In this document: positions 25,244 through 37,922 of the stretch, piece after piece
Layout: each line of letters opens with the position of its first letter
How positions within the stretch are numbered: position 1 is the stretch's first letter
From: Harriotta raleighana
Lineage: Eukaryota
Length of the DNA: 64,000 nucleotides
Assembly (NCBI GenBank): GCA_050575255.1
Contig: JBNZDD010013634.1
Coordinates: forward strand, 3,259,538-3,323,537
Direction of reading: 5' to 3'
Position numbers and translations under genes: made by a program
The notes under the pieces: model-generated
Told to the model about the DNA's origin: nothing
Seen by the model: only the letters and a program-made list of their open reading frames with translations
The model's database searches: none

Positions 25244-26101
25244 GTGGCCTCGCAACCCCTTTCATAGGAGAAATTGTACAGAAAAGCCCTGAGGCCACTC
25301 ATTAGGTTAGACTGCTTGAGCAATTGCAGAGATGGGGGCTATGCGGTGAATGACATTTGACACAAATATATTAGCAAATTCATTATTACTGTAAATGCAA
25401 GTTAGCTGACGTACAGGGTGTGGAAAATTGATGTGAAAATGTGATTGTAAAAAGTGTTTGCAGTGCAAACTTTATTAGAAAATGTGGATAATGAATAATG
25501 TTTACTGGACAATGGTAGCTTTCAATGCCTTCGCTCCATGATAATTGCATTTTGAAAGAGTTTCATATGAATATTGATAGTAAAACATTTTGAACAACAT
25601 CCTCCTTTAGCTGTTAATTCCCCTCCTCGCACACAGAGCCATTTTACCCCCACAATCTGCATAACAGATGGCACTGGAAATCTTGTATAGTAATGATTAA
25701 ATGGCGAGCACTTCTGATTCATAAAGTATTAATGCACTTTAGACAAGAACTATGTATAGTAGTATTGAAAGTTAAGTGAGCCATACTACGGTCTCGTTCT
25801 TGCCATCAATCACATTGAGCTAAGGTAACCGTAGGAGTATAAATTTGCGTCCAGTGAGCTGCGCTGGAAAATAAGTGAATGCAAAGTTTTGCACATTAAT
25901 AAAACAGACAGCGCCCCTTTCTGCCAGCCTATCTTGCCTGTTCTTTAATACCATCATCATGTGTCACAAAATCGCATATGTTTTGTGTAATGAATGTGGA
26001 GAGGATTTCACAAAAGGTACGTGAACATTACCGATTAACCCCTTGAGTTCCAAAGGAGCCCTTTTCAGCTTTCCAAACCTTTGCCTTTTTCCTCTGTGGT
26101 A

Positions 26102-26387
26102 CAATAATACCATAATAACAATACGAATCCTTCCATTTGATATAATGCTTTTTTCAAGTCTTCTAGATGATTCAAAGCATTTCATAGAATATACTGTAAA
26201 GTGAATTGACTGCATATTTGTGAGCGAAACACAGCAGCCAATTGCGCACAGCAATGTCCCACGTAGTGGATTGAAGTGCCCAATTTATTATTGTATTTTA
26301 TCTTGAGTAAGGTGGAGTAAGGTAACTTGCCCAAGGTTTTGCCCTGCTGGGAGATGAGTTCTCTAACCACTGAGCTACAGGACTCCA
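26102..26387 (-). mobile_element. Family A SINE
   Basis: Tail, cagcagccaattgcgcacagcaatgtccc core, accactgagctacaggactcc head end. Confidence 0.88.
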
Positions 26388-27209
26388 GCACTTTCCTTCT
26401 GGTTAGGAATATTTATCTCCAGCGATCCTCGATCCAGAGATGTTTGATAGATTCAATCCATTTGAACCAGAGCTTTTCTTGTAAACCCGAAGTTCTGTCA
26501 TAGGAAATTCATATTTGGGATTTTTCTGTTGCAAATAAAAATGATACTTTTCTATTTATTGATTCATAATTCATGAACCCTTTCTTCGTTTGGAAAGTGT
26601 GTCGTTTAATGGATGTATGTGGGGTGATATCATGTGTGACGACTCCGAAAGAGCTCAGTGTAACAAGACCTCGAGTGTTTAATATAGCGATGACCTTTTA
26701 CAAGTTGCAGGTGCACGTGATAAGGTGTGCGAATGATCAGTTGGATGGTGATCAAATTAAGTTCATTGTATTGTAATTTCCTATTAAATATAAAGTAATT
26801 ATCACAGTTTTAATTTTGGGGCCAAACGTTTTCAGAATATTAATGGGAAACAGCATCAATGGCTTTTCCTCATTGAAACCATTTGCCCCAGGGGGTTGTG
26901 TGCGAGATGACGGTCTGCGAGACCTAGCTAATGCAATATATTTTAATTGGGCAGACGTGTTATGAAACCCACCGATGTAGACTTTTTATACGTTTATATT
27001 TTTATATGCTTTTTATATGTTTCTCTTCATTTGGGTTAATGCGGAACAAATGATTGTCAAAAGCAATTATGTCAAGACAGAAGCAGCTATTTGCTTTTGA
27101 AACATGTACAATTTAGAAGAATAATAAATACTATTAGAATCACTTGAATCTTCCTTGTTGGAGGTGGTTAGTCGGGTGTCTGAAACGTGCGGAAATCCAT
27201 CACCATGCG

Positions 27210-27330
27210 TTTCAGTTCACCCACAAAATATACAGTCAATCCACTTTACAGTATATTCTGTGAAGAGCTTTGATACGTCTTGAAGACTTGATAAGTCTCT
27301 ATATCAAATACAAGGATTATTATTATTAAT
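27210..27330 (+). mobile_element. Family A SINE 3' fragment
   Basis: tatacagtcaatccactttacagtatattctgtgaag...caaggattattattatt. Confidence 0.8.
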
Positions 27331-27460
27331 GGTAGGATTTCTTTCTTTGGGTTTGTTATTTTTGGAGGTACTTATGTTGGAATGAAGTTCAGAGTCTTGG
27401 CTGTTTGACACACCTCTTGGTATATTAATATGTTGTATCAGATTATTAATCTGCACTTTA

Positions 27461-27745
27461 GTAATCCTTGTATTCGATATAGCTCTTTCCACGTCTTCTA
27501 GACTTCTCAAAACATATCACAGAATATACTGTAAAGTGAATTGACTGTATATTTGTGGGCGAAATGCAAAAGTAAATAAAGCACAGCAATGTCCCACGAA
27601 CAGTCGTAGTTTCAAATGAACAATTCATTATTTTTTTCTTGAGGGAATATCATCAAGTGTGTGGAGTAAAGAAACTCACCCAAGGTTTGAACCCAGATCT
27701 TTCACTTGTGAGACGAGTGTTTTAACCACTGAGCTATAGGACTCC
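27461..27745 (-). mobile_element. Family A SINE
   Basis: Same motifs as other copies; ends accactgagctataggactcc. Confidence 0.88.
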
Positions 27746-28919
27746 ACAGTATTATATAACTGATGTGAATTTGAGATGACTGATTTAACCTGACTACTTG
27801 AAGCTTATATTCCTGCTGCTCTGCAGGCAGAGTGTCTACAGTGAGCTTTGCACTGCCTGGCCCTGGACTATCCTGTGTTTAACCAGGTGTATGAACACAG
27901 GAACACCACTGCCTGCCCTGGTTTAATCCTCTCCAGGAATGAGAATGAATCGACTGCATTCCTATGCAGGCAAATTGCAGTCCGGATAAATGATAATGTT
28001 ATAGTCATCTCGAAACTTTTAACTAAATTTAAAGGTAAACTTCAAACGTTCATATGTGGTTATCGAGGATATACATTGCGGATTTACTTCCCAAATGGGG
28101 TGGGGGGGTGAGGCCTTTATTCCTGAGTGAAACCACTCTCGGCAAAGGATTTCCTATGTAATTCCACAAGACGACAGATTATGCAGAAATATTTGTTATC
28201 AATCCCAAAAGACCAAGTTGCTATTTGAGCCACCCTTTCCTTGACCGTGACCCTTATTGCTGTCCAGAGCAATCAGTGAATGGGTGAGCGAGAGATTCAA
28301 GGACAAATTCTAACCTATTTCTGGGACCTCAGCCAGAGAGACAGTGGAGGTGCAACAATAATAATAATCATAACAATCCTTACATTGCTGTCCAGAGAAA
28401 TCAGTGTTTGCTTAACTCAGTTGCCAAACCTGCATCCACAGAGTGACACCTAGTGGCAGACATCTACTGCGTTCTGTTGCAACTGCCATTACACAAGAAA
28501 CTTGCAGTCACTGTGCTTGACTCTTGAAATTTTTTTGTAATCATTAAAATCCCGCTGCAATCACGAAAGCAGAAATTAGATGTGGAAATCTTTCTTCGAG
28601 AAATGATCCGATTTGTAATGTTTGGAACGTTGATTTGATGCAAGATGTTTCTACATTTGAGAATTGATGCTGACGTTTGATTTGGGTTAACTGAACCATT
28701 CAGCCTCGCCATCTCATTCGCAAGGGAAGTAAGTCATTGAAATACTGTTTCAACACCCAGGGAGATGTGTGGCCGCATTGCTGTAGTTGGTGTTAAGTTA
28801 CTTTATATTGTCCTTGAGTTGTGAACACGTGGTTGGCTACATCAGTAAGGAGCGGGGGGATCCAGTGGAAGTTCCACGGGAGCAGCAGAAGGATCCCCTA
28901 TTGACTTTTCCCTCCCAAC

Positions 28920-29046
28920 CTGGGACAATGAGACCACATATGTACAGTCAAGACACTTTTACAGCATATTCTGTGAAGCGCTTTAAAAAAGAAAGATGTG
29001 AGTAGCGCTATATCAAATGTAAGGATTGTTATGATTATTATTATTG
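28920..29046 (+). mobile_element. Family A SINE 3' fragment
   Basis: cactttacagcatattctgtgaagcgcttt...gcgctatatcaaatgtaaggattgttatgattatt. Confidence 0.78.
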
Positions 29047-30883
29047 TTGCACCTCCACTGTCTCTCTGGCTGAGGTCCCAGAAATAGATTAGAATTTGTC
29101 CTTGAATCGCTCGCTCACCCATTCACTGAATAAACTGGCTAAGCCATCGGGGGGAAGCCATGACCTATGAAAAGTCCTTTAAAGGAACGGTTTATGAATA
29201 ACATTGTGCGGAACAATTGAAGTCTTGTGACAAGTGAAATGCTGCCTTGATGGGCAGTATTCACAACTCCACGTGCTTGTGCTTCAGCCCACAAATCGAT
29301 GCATTTATTACATTATAATTTACATAATTGACCAAAAAAGTTTGATTTTTTTTGTGTGTGTGTTTCAGCCATATATGAAACATGCTGTATATATATATAA
29401 ACAATACTCAGAAGAGATTTTATTCACCGGTATGTTAAAGAGGTGCATTTTGCAATATGCCTTACGGGTTGCTTATTTTTGTTGAATATTGAAAATGATT
29501 TCACCATTTAAACATTCGCCCTCAAGAGGCAAACGACTAAAATAATCTGAACCATATTTAAATATTATTTAGAGGCAGCCCATTGCTTTCTCCCTTTCCA
29601 GCTGAATTCACACTTACTTCCATCCGTAGGGAACTGAGAATTCTGTGACCTTCCTCAGCTTCTTTCCAAATATATTTTATTTTATGAATATTGGCTCCGG
29701 TCCCTGACAAGCTCAAGTTCAAGCAACACTCAAATAAAAAGCAATTGTCTTGCGTGCGAATCAGCAATTCTTCTATTTTAAAACCTCAAAACACCTATCA
29801 ATTGCATTCTGATTATTCCAGGGTCTTTTTTGTTTGGGTGAGAGTGCCACTGTATTGATTGCAACAGAATGAATTCTGGCACCATTGATTTTTCATACAT
29901 ATCTTTCCTAATGATGTGCCTGACTTCTAAACCAATTTTATACAGTTCCCATGGTCCAAAGAGTTTCCATGGGTCCAAGGTTTCCATGCAGGCCAAATAG
30001 TCCAGCTAGAAGTCAAAGCTTCACGGATAGTCAACTAGGTAAAGGCACTGTTTGTTGTAACAGTGGGCCAAACAGATTTAAAAAGTTACAGAGTGGAATC
30101 CCAGTCTGTGCTGCAGAGTTGTTCTTCGCTGGGGTGGTGGTAAGGATGGTGGAGTCCGAAGTGCCTCTTGTCTAAGGGTTGGGAGGGTCATGTTTCGGGA
30201 TCGCAGCGGAAAAGTGTGCTTGTGGACATTGAGTAATAACACTGAGACACATCCCCATACAACAGCTTATAGCATAGGCTGCATTCAGTAACAGATTATG
30301 GGTTTATTGGAATAATAGACCAGCAAGTGTAAGTGTTTTCAAGAGAGGAGGGTGGGAGGAGGAAAGGGAATTAGTATCTGAGTATCTGTGTGTGGGGGGG
30401 GAGGGGGCGGAGAATTAATGAGAAAATAAAACTAGAAAATCAAAAGAATTTGAAATCCAACTTCACCAATGAGAGCTGCGATAAAAGCCTTTGACATCAA
30501 TGCAATGAGCCAGGGAAAGGTTCCATCAGAAATGCAGCTTCACAGCAAGTGGCAGGCGGATGACAGCTGTGATGAAAAATATCATTGTAAAATCAAGGAT
30601 GGCTGATGATTTGATTAATCACGATTCAAAATATGAGCAACGATAGAAGTGGGAAATGATTCAAGATGCATGACATCTATCCTTAACTGTGGGGTGTTTT
30701 CCTTTGGGCCACAGCCACTTTATATTAAAAAAAAGGAAAAGTCAGATCCCAGTATTGCCAGTTGTGGGCATTCACGCATGTCATGTAGGGTAATTTTCAA
30801 ACTGGCAGGGAAATACTTGGTTTAATCATACACCCTTCTTGAGGGAGAATTCATTTTCTTATTCCCTCCATTCTCATAAGCTT

Positions 30884-31196
30884 CAGTAGCTCAGTGGGTA
30901 GGGGGCTCTCGCATTACAAGCGTGAGATCTGTGTTCGAATCCAGGCAGATCGGGGCAAAACCATGGGCAAGTTTCCTTACTCCACACGCCTAATAATCGT
31001 CCAAAAAAACCCACACAATAATAAAATTGGTAATTTCAATCCACGACTGTTTGTGGGACACTGCTGTGCGCAATTGGCTGCCGCGTTTCACCCACAAATA
31101 TACAGTCAATTCACTTTACAGTATGTTCTGTGAAGCGCTTTGAGATGTCGATAAGATGTGAAAAGCGCTATATCAAAATGCAAGGATTATTATTAT
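30884..31196 (+). mobile_element. Family A SINE, full length
   Basis: gtagctcagtgggtag A box, gttcgaatcc B box, tgtgggacactgctgtgcgcaattggctgccgcgttt Deu core, (ATT)n tail. Confidence 0.92.
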
Positions 31197-34100
31197 AAGG
31201 ATGAATTGCCAAACTTAAGGCTTTGTGAAGTATATCAGACAGAATACTGGTGACAATTTGAGGAATGAGGGACAAAACACAGCAATGTACAAGGGCCAAT
31301 TTCTTTTGCAAAGAACTGATCCATATTGATGGCCGACCTTTTGACAGTGTGCAATACGCTGCCCCTCTTGTCACATGGAATGCACCATCAAGTTAGCATC
31401 GCATTTGTCTCTCCTGTCTTGAAAAAGCTGTTTCAAGTCCCTGCTCTCCTCCCCCCCACCCGATCATCTCGGAAGCGTGCGAGCAGTTCAGGAATTCTGC
31501 TGAAACATGATCTGATGTCTGCAGCTCGCGATTCAGCGGTTTTACTGTAGAAATAACCTCAACACTGTAAGGTGAAGTGTAACCTTGCTGCCTTGGGCTC
31601 TGAAAGGCAGAGAGAACTGTCAGCGGTAATTCACGGGCCTGGCAAATGGTGCCCTTCGAAGTGTAAAAGAGAATGATTTAAACAAGTGCATTTCTACGCC
31701 TGTGTCACAAATATCTGTAAGATATTAAATCAAGTGAGTCAACTGTAAGCTACTGATTTCCAGTTGCCAGTCGGTATCTCCACTCAGACTATTTAACTGA
31801 GCAATTCCATTTGAAATTATCAATATCATGTTAGAGTGAGGGTATCCTCGGCCTGGATATCTTCACTCAGTACACAGTCAATCCACTATATTCACTTAAA
31901 CTATATTACATGACTTTACATTATATTTACACTGTATCCCCAACCCAAGCTTGGGTGTGAAACAATGACTATCTAACGCCTCGGGACATCCTCCTGACAC
32001 GAAAGGCGCGATACAAGTGTTACATTTTGTTGTATTCGGTGAAGCGTTTTAAGACTCATCAATATGGTAAAACACTATATCAAATGCAGGGATCATTATT
32101 CTTTATCAAGAGGCTTCCTGAGGTCAGACTCAGTGGTGGTCCGTCCTTACAGAAGGCTTGTACTGGAGCAGCTTCAGCAGTGTTATCAAACAGATATTTC
32201 CCCTGTCGCCTTTTTTGGCAATCCCTCTTGTTAAACTGATGTCAAATATGATTCTACCGGGCTTAGAGACAGCCTGAACCAAGCATACATTAGTATGGTT
32301 GTCAGGAAAGCTTCTGTGCTCTGTTTTGGATTCGAGCGTTTTACCTTTTATTAAATGTAACACCCCATTAATGGATAGAACTGTAAAATGTCTTTTTTTC
32401 TTTAAGCTGAAAAATGGCATGTTTATACTTCATACAATACTGACAAGAACCCAACACTGGGAGATAAGGATGTTCATTTAGAAACATGCTGGATATCTCT
32501 TTTGTGCTCTGGTTTCGTGGGGGGTGGGGGATGTTGTAGGTTCTTATCTTTTAATATTTGCAGCAACCCATTCATCACTGGGGTGCAATTGCCAGCTTGT
32601 TGCTTGAAATTTAGTGATTGATTGAACAATGGGCATGGAGAGCAAATGAAAGTGTGCAATAGGCAATTTGGCACTGAGAAGAGAAATCAGCGACAGTGGG
32701 TTGGACGTACCCAATAGCTGTCATTACAAACGTGGAGGAGGCAAAAATTGAGCGCGTCTCAGGCTGTCTTATCTGGGAGTTGACAGGACAGAAAATGGTG
32801 AGTGTATGATGCAGATTAAAAGCGAGGTTTGACACAGCGAGGCGGTAGCACCACAGAAAGTAGCAATCTGCGAGAAACCAGGAAAGGAATACCCCTGGAA
32901 GCCTTAAACTTGATGTATACACCCCACCGTGCATTTGTGGATATGGACTCCACAAGGTGGACAAACCTAACAAAATGTTGAACTGAAAATAACTTAAATA
33001 ACTTAGATGGTTGTAGATTATATGAAGAATTAATAATAACAAAATTATATATATTACTGGTGAGGATGCAGCAATAGCAATGTAGGATGATGTCAGAGAC
33101 ATCTTTCATCTGTTCCATAATTGGTCCAATAACTATGTGCGAAGAAATCTCACTTGAATCCAAATTTATACCATGTGTATATATGTACTATGTATATATG
33201 TATCTATATATAATATATTCAAAGGTCCAAAATTTGGCAAATTGTTGAGAATTGAATTTGAAAGTTACATTTCTGTAACTACAAGATTAAGGCTATATGT
33301 AAGAATTTGCCAGATTTTGTTCTAAAATGCAACATTTTATCATTGAGTTGATCAAGACCTAGGATTCCCCCCACCCCACCACCCCATTAATGTGTCCGCC
33401 ATATTTTGCATTTAATACATTCAAGCTATGTGTCTCCTGAGCTCTGCATGTAGTGAATGTGTGTGCCTTTGGCGTACCTTAATTTGATGTCATTTCTCCT
33501 AATAATCTGCATGGAGCCTTTCAACAAGGTGTTTCCTGGGAGTCCTCTGATGACTCAGTTGACAAAACCATGGGTGAACGTTCACCCAAGCCTTGGGTGA
33601 ACGTCCTCCTACATCCAATACATCTACAATTCGAGTCTTGCTGACGCGCAAGCGTAATGCTCACAGATGAGTAGACTACTCATCCTCGCCCACTGTCCAT
33701 CCAGGCTCCCCCTTGGAGAACTGCTACGTCAGAGTTGCCTTGCCTATGATGAGCAACCGTGCAACACTATGACAGCATGAATCATTTCCTCGAGGAGATG
33801 TACTGTAAACGTTCTCTTGACTTTAAACTGAGTCATGTGGACCCCCTGGATAGGGGAGTGGGGGAGAGGGATGTGCCCAGGATTTAAACCTATCTTTACT
33901 ATGAATCCTGGATACATTTGTGCAGTTATTGCCAGCTGCTCTCCTCCCTAATTCCTCTGCTGGAGAGATAGATTCTAAAGATGTACAGGGAAGCATTCTC
34001 ACCGCTTCTGCTCCTTTGAGGGATTCTTAGTTTTGTTTCCAGCCCCCTCGCACATTGTGTCCCCTTTTTGTCATCTGATTTTCTCTCTCTATCTCTCTCT

Positions 34101-35074
34101 GTCTCTCCAGTCTTCAGTTTCACCTTCCTTGTAACCTACATCTTCACGCACTGTAGAATTGAGTAAAGTGCGAACGGGTATTTGTGCAGTTTGGGGGTGA
34201 ATTAGCAGCCAGCTGTGATAAAGCACCGAGTCTGAAGGCATGTGGTCACACGTCTGTGGATGCAAAGTCCATCTTTCCGCCTGTGTCTTCAGGCTCCGAT
34301 TTCTCTTGTGATAAATGGAGCTTACTAATTCTGTATCCATTAGCAGCACAAGTGGACGAAACTCACTGCAGCAGGTTATGGAAAAGGGTGGGGGTGGGGG
34401 GTTCTCGAGAGATATTGTTAGACTTTGTACTCGGAGCACATGCTACCATTCTCTGGGCTGATATTAATATTTTAATATAAGAGGACCATTCTGACATTTT
34501 CCCAGATGCAAAGAAAAAAGAAGCTACAGTACTGTCATTGGTGTGAGGTGCAAAAATAGCCGTGAGTTACAGTATCGCTGCCTCAAGGAGCCTTATCCAT
34601 TTTGCCACATATTAAAATGGCGTGACCTCACCTGACCTCTCCATTTTTTTTCATCAGTACCACGGAGCTCAATAAGTAGCTCTGAGAAAATTGTCGCAAA
34701 TCCCATTCTGTGTCCGAGATATTAAATAGAAAGGCTTTCTGATTAAATTGAATGCTGTTACTTTTACTTTTTTTTCAAAAAGGGAATTTCAAGGGTTGTT
34801 CACAGTCCCGACTCGGGGCCTGTGACCTGGCCACATTGTCACACCTGGCATCTGAGCAAAGATCTACAAATGGAAGTTTCATGTGAAAGAAGGTACATGC
34901 AACAAATGGTGTGCAGCATTTCAGTGTAGTAGAATGAGGGGAAAAGGAGATAACAGGACCCAGTCTACATTCGTCTTTGAGGCTGAAATTCTGGAATGGG
35001 TGAAAAGGGATTCATCCGGCGTAAAAAGACTGGGATGATAGATGTGAATACATGTTGTAATTCATGTTATGGCT

Positions 35075-35213
35075 CTTTGTGGGATTTGGCTGTTGGCAAA
35101 TTGGTCAACTACTAAGTTCACAGTCAGTAAATATTGTGAAACACTTTGAGACTTCGTCCTGATGTGAAAGGAGCTAGCTATATCACATACCAGGATTATC
35201 ATTGTTATTATTA
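35075..35213 (+). mobile_element. Degraded DeuSINE 3' fragment
   Basis: tttgtgggatttggctgttggcaaattgg...gtgaaacactttgagac...ggattatcattgttatta. Confidence 0.65.
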
Positions 35214-37736
35214 TGTGCGAAATGAGAATCCAAGGCTTCCTAATGCTTCAATTAATGAAGTCACTGGCCTGTGTGAATTGAGCCTTAAAGACCAGGCCAT
35301 CTTATTTAATGTTGTCAAGTCTTCTTCGTTGAGCAAGCGGAGAGCATAGCATGTGTAGTCTGCTATTCCCAAATGTGCATCTATGCCGCATTTAAATATG
35401 CAAATGTTATGAAGGTGGAGCGTGGATTAATTTCCTCTGAAGAATTCAGCCTCATTAAGTTTGCATTTCCATTTAAATGACAACTTACTTTCACTTACGG
35501 TAGATTGAGCTGAAGTGAGTGAGTGGATTAACAATCAGTACATGCACATGTCACATTAACCTGAACTTTTGTTTTGCACCAATGATATAGTTGGTGATGG
35601 CTGCCCAGGGAGTGAATTGCGAGACTTTGATGTAATCAGGAGATTTAGATGATTTCATGAACCATGGAAGCAAAGACTGATGTTAGACCGTAGCTTTGAA
35701 CTTGCTCATCTGTTTTATGTCATGAAGCACTCAAAGAATATATTTTAAAATATATTCTATTATTTGGGTTCTTTACTAGGAATGAGGGAAATCTACTCTA
35801 TTATTAACTTGAGGTGCTATCTTTGACCTTGTTTCATGATATTTATAATCCATCTAGATAGATAAAGGGTATTAATGATCTTTATTGTGCAACTGGTTCA
35901 TCAAAGCTCAGTGTACTCAGTGCGTATTGTAAGATTGTTATCGGTTACGCTGCTGGCAAAATATCCGGCATCCAAGAGTCTGGTAGATAAAAATCACTAA
36001 AATAAAATTGACTTTAAAGGGCATCAAGTGGAATAACATTGAATATTAATAAACTAATCACAATCAGATGCCAAAGGATTCAAACTGCATAAATGCACAT
36101 AGTCTGAGCTGGCAGATTGGCATGAAATGAAGCATTTGTATTAATCATTTCTTACTGTGATTTGAGTAACTAGGTTAATGTGGAACTAATTAATATCACA
36201 GTAATGAAATGCTGGGTTTGAACTTGTGTGAGAGACTTGTAGATCTTGCAATGTTGCTGTCGTTGAACTACAGTGATGAAATTGGTGATAGAGCAGCTTT
36301 ACACAGGTATGCAAGTTCCATTTTGCTGCGCTTCCTGTCAAATGGATTGTAATGTTACAAGACATAAACGTGTACCTTTTTTGATTTCTTTCCATGTAGT
36401 TTTTCAGATGACAACCATCCTGTCCCGATTAATTCCTGAAACATTTGTTAAGGTTTGTTGGGAAATACAGATGTAAAATATAAATTTTGTAACTTACACC
36501 ATGTGGAATTAATCCAGTGGGGATGTGTTTTTAAAACCAACTGACCAAAACACATTACTTCTGGGTTTGGCAGCCCTGCCCTGCCCAACTTTTACACCAA
36601 GTTGCTTTTGTTGGCTTTGCTCTGGACTGATTTGGGAGACGTCTGTGTGTTGCTTTGAAAAGGGCTTTGGAGGCTTTGTTGTTTGGATCCACAGCCTTCT
36701 CAATTTGGCTCCCCCTGTAAGACTGAATGCCTATGGCCGCTCAGAGCTCCAGTGCAGGAGTTGCAAGACTGCGTTCAAAAAGTACAGGGAGCTGCTTCCA
36801 GGAACTAATATCTTAGCATATGGCAAAGCTGCTGCTGTAATTCAGCTTTAATATAGAGTGTTTGCTCCTTCACCATTGCTGCAATTATATTAATGGGAGC
36901 CCTAGCTTTGCATATGGATATAAATGGATTACTCCTGACTCCCTCAGAAGAGGTGGCTGACTGCAGTCAAGGACTTCCTAAAGACCAGGCTCATTCCTGA
37001 AGGCTTATCATCTGACTTATACTGGGAAGGTCTACTGACGCAGGAAGGCAGCGATGCTGTCCTGTGCTGTGCTGTCCTGACAACTGCGGCCGTCTGCCAC
37101 GACTAAGATGGGTTTTGACACTCAGCGTCTGGTGAGAGGGTGATTCCCCCACTTTATAACTAAGGTGGCGGAGTTTCAGCGCGTCAGTGCCAGCTTCCTG
37201 ATGGGTGTTGGGTCTCTCTGGCCGCTCTCTGAAGTACTCTCTCATAATGACACCATGGGGGGAGAGATGGCAACACCACAGTCCCAGCTGCACTTTACAT
37301 CCAAGAGGACGAGAGACTGAGAAATCTTTGGGAACTTCATACAATAGGTGGGGGGTGAAATGAAATTGGAAATAGCTTTGCGTTCCCCCACACTTGTTAC
37401 AGTAACAGATGCTTTTTGCTAATTGAAGTCTTTCCTTTGTAGATTTCAAAGTCTTTGAGTATATAAACCTACCTAGTCTCTAAATATGCAATGCTGAACA
37501 TTGCAATCAATTCCCTTCCTCCATTCAGTTTTATTTTTGTTCAGATTAACAGTAAAACCACCTGATTGTGTTGCAATAATGTGTTTTGTTTTGATCTTTC
37601 CTCATCTGATGCTGCCAGTGGGGAAGGTTCACCAGTCCAAAGGCAAAGTGTTCAAATTGAACATCACGCGCTTTGAGTGATAAAGTGGATGATAAATCAT
37701 GTGCACTGTGGTTATTTTTTTTACCTCCTTCATTGA

Positions 37737-37922
<186 letters not shown>

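Noticed and set aside
32611-33163. 163-aa and 115-aa minus-strand ORFs, and an aaaATG|gtgagt donor near 32795
   Set aside because: No recognisable domain, AT-rich hydrophobic composition; the donor would be phase 0, incompatible with phase-2 exon 5.
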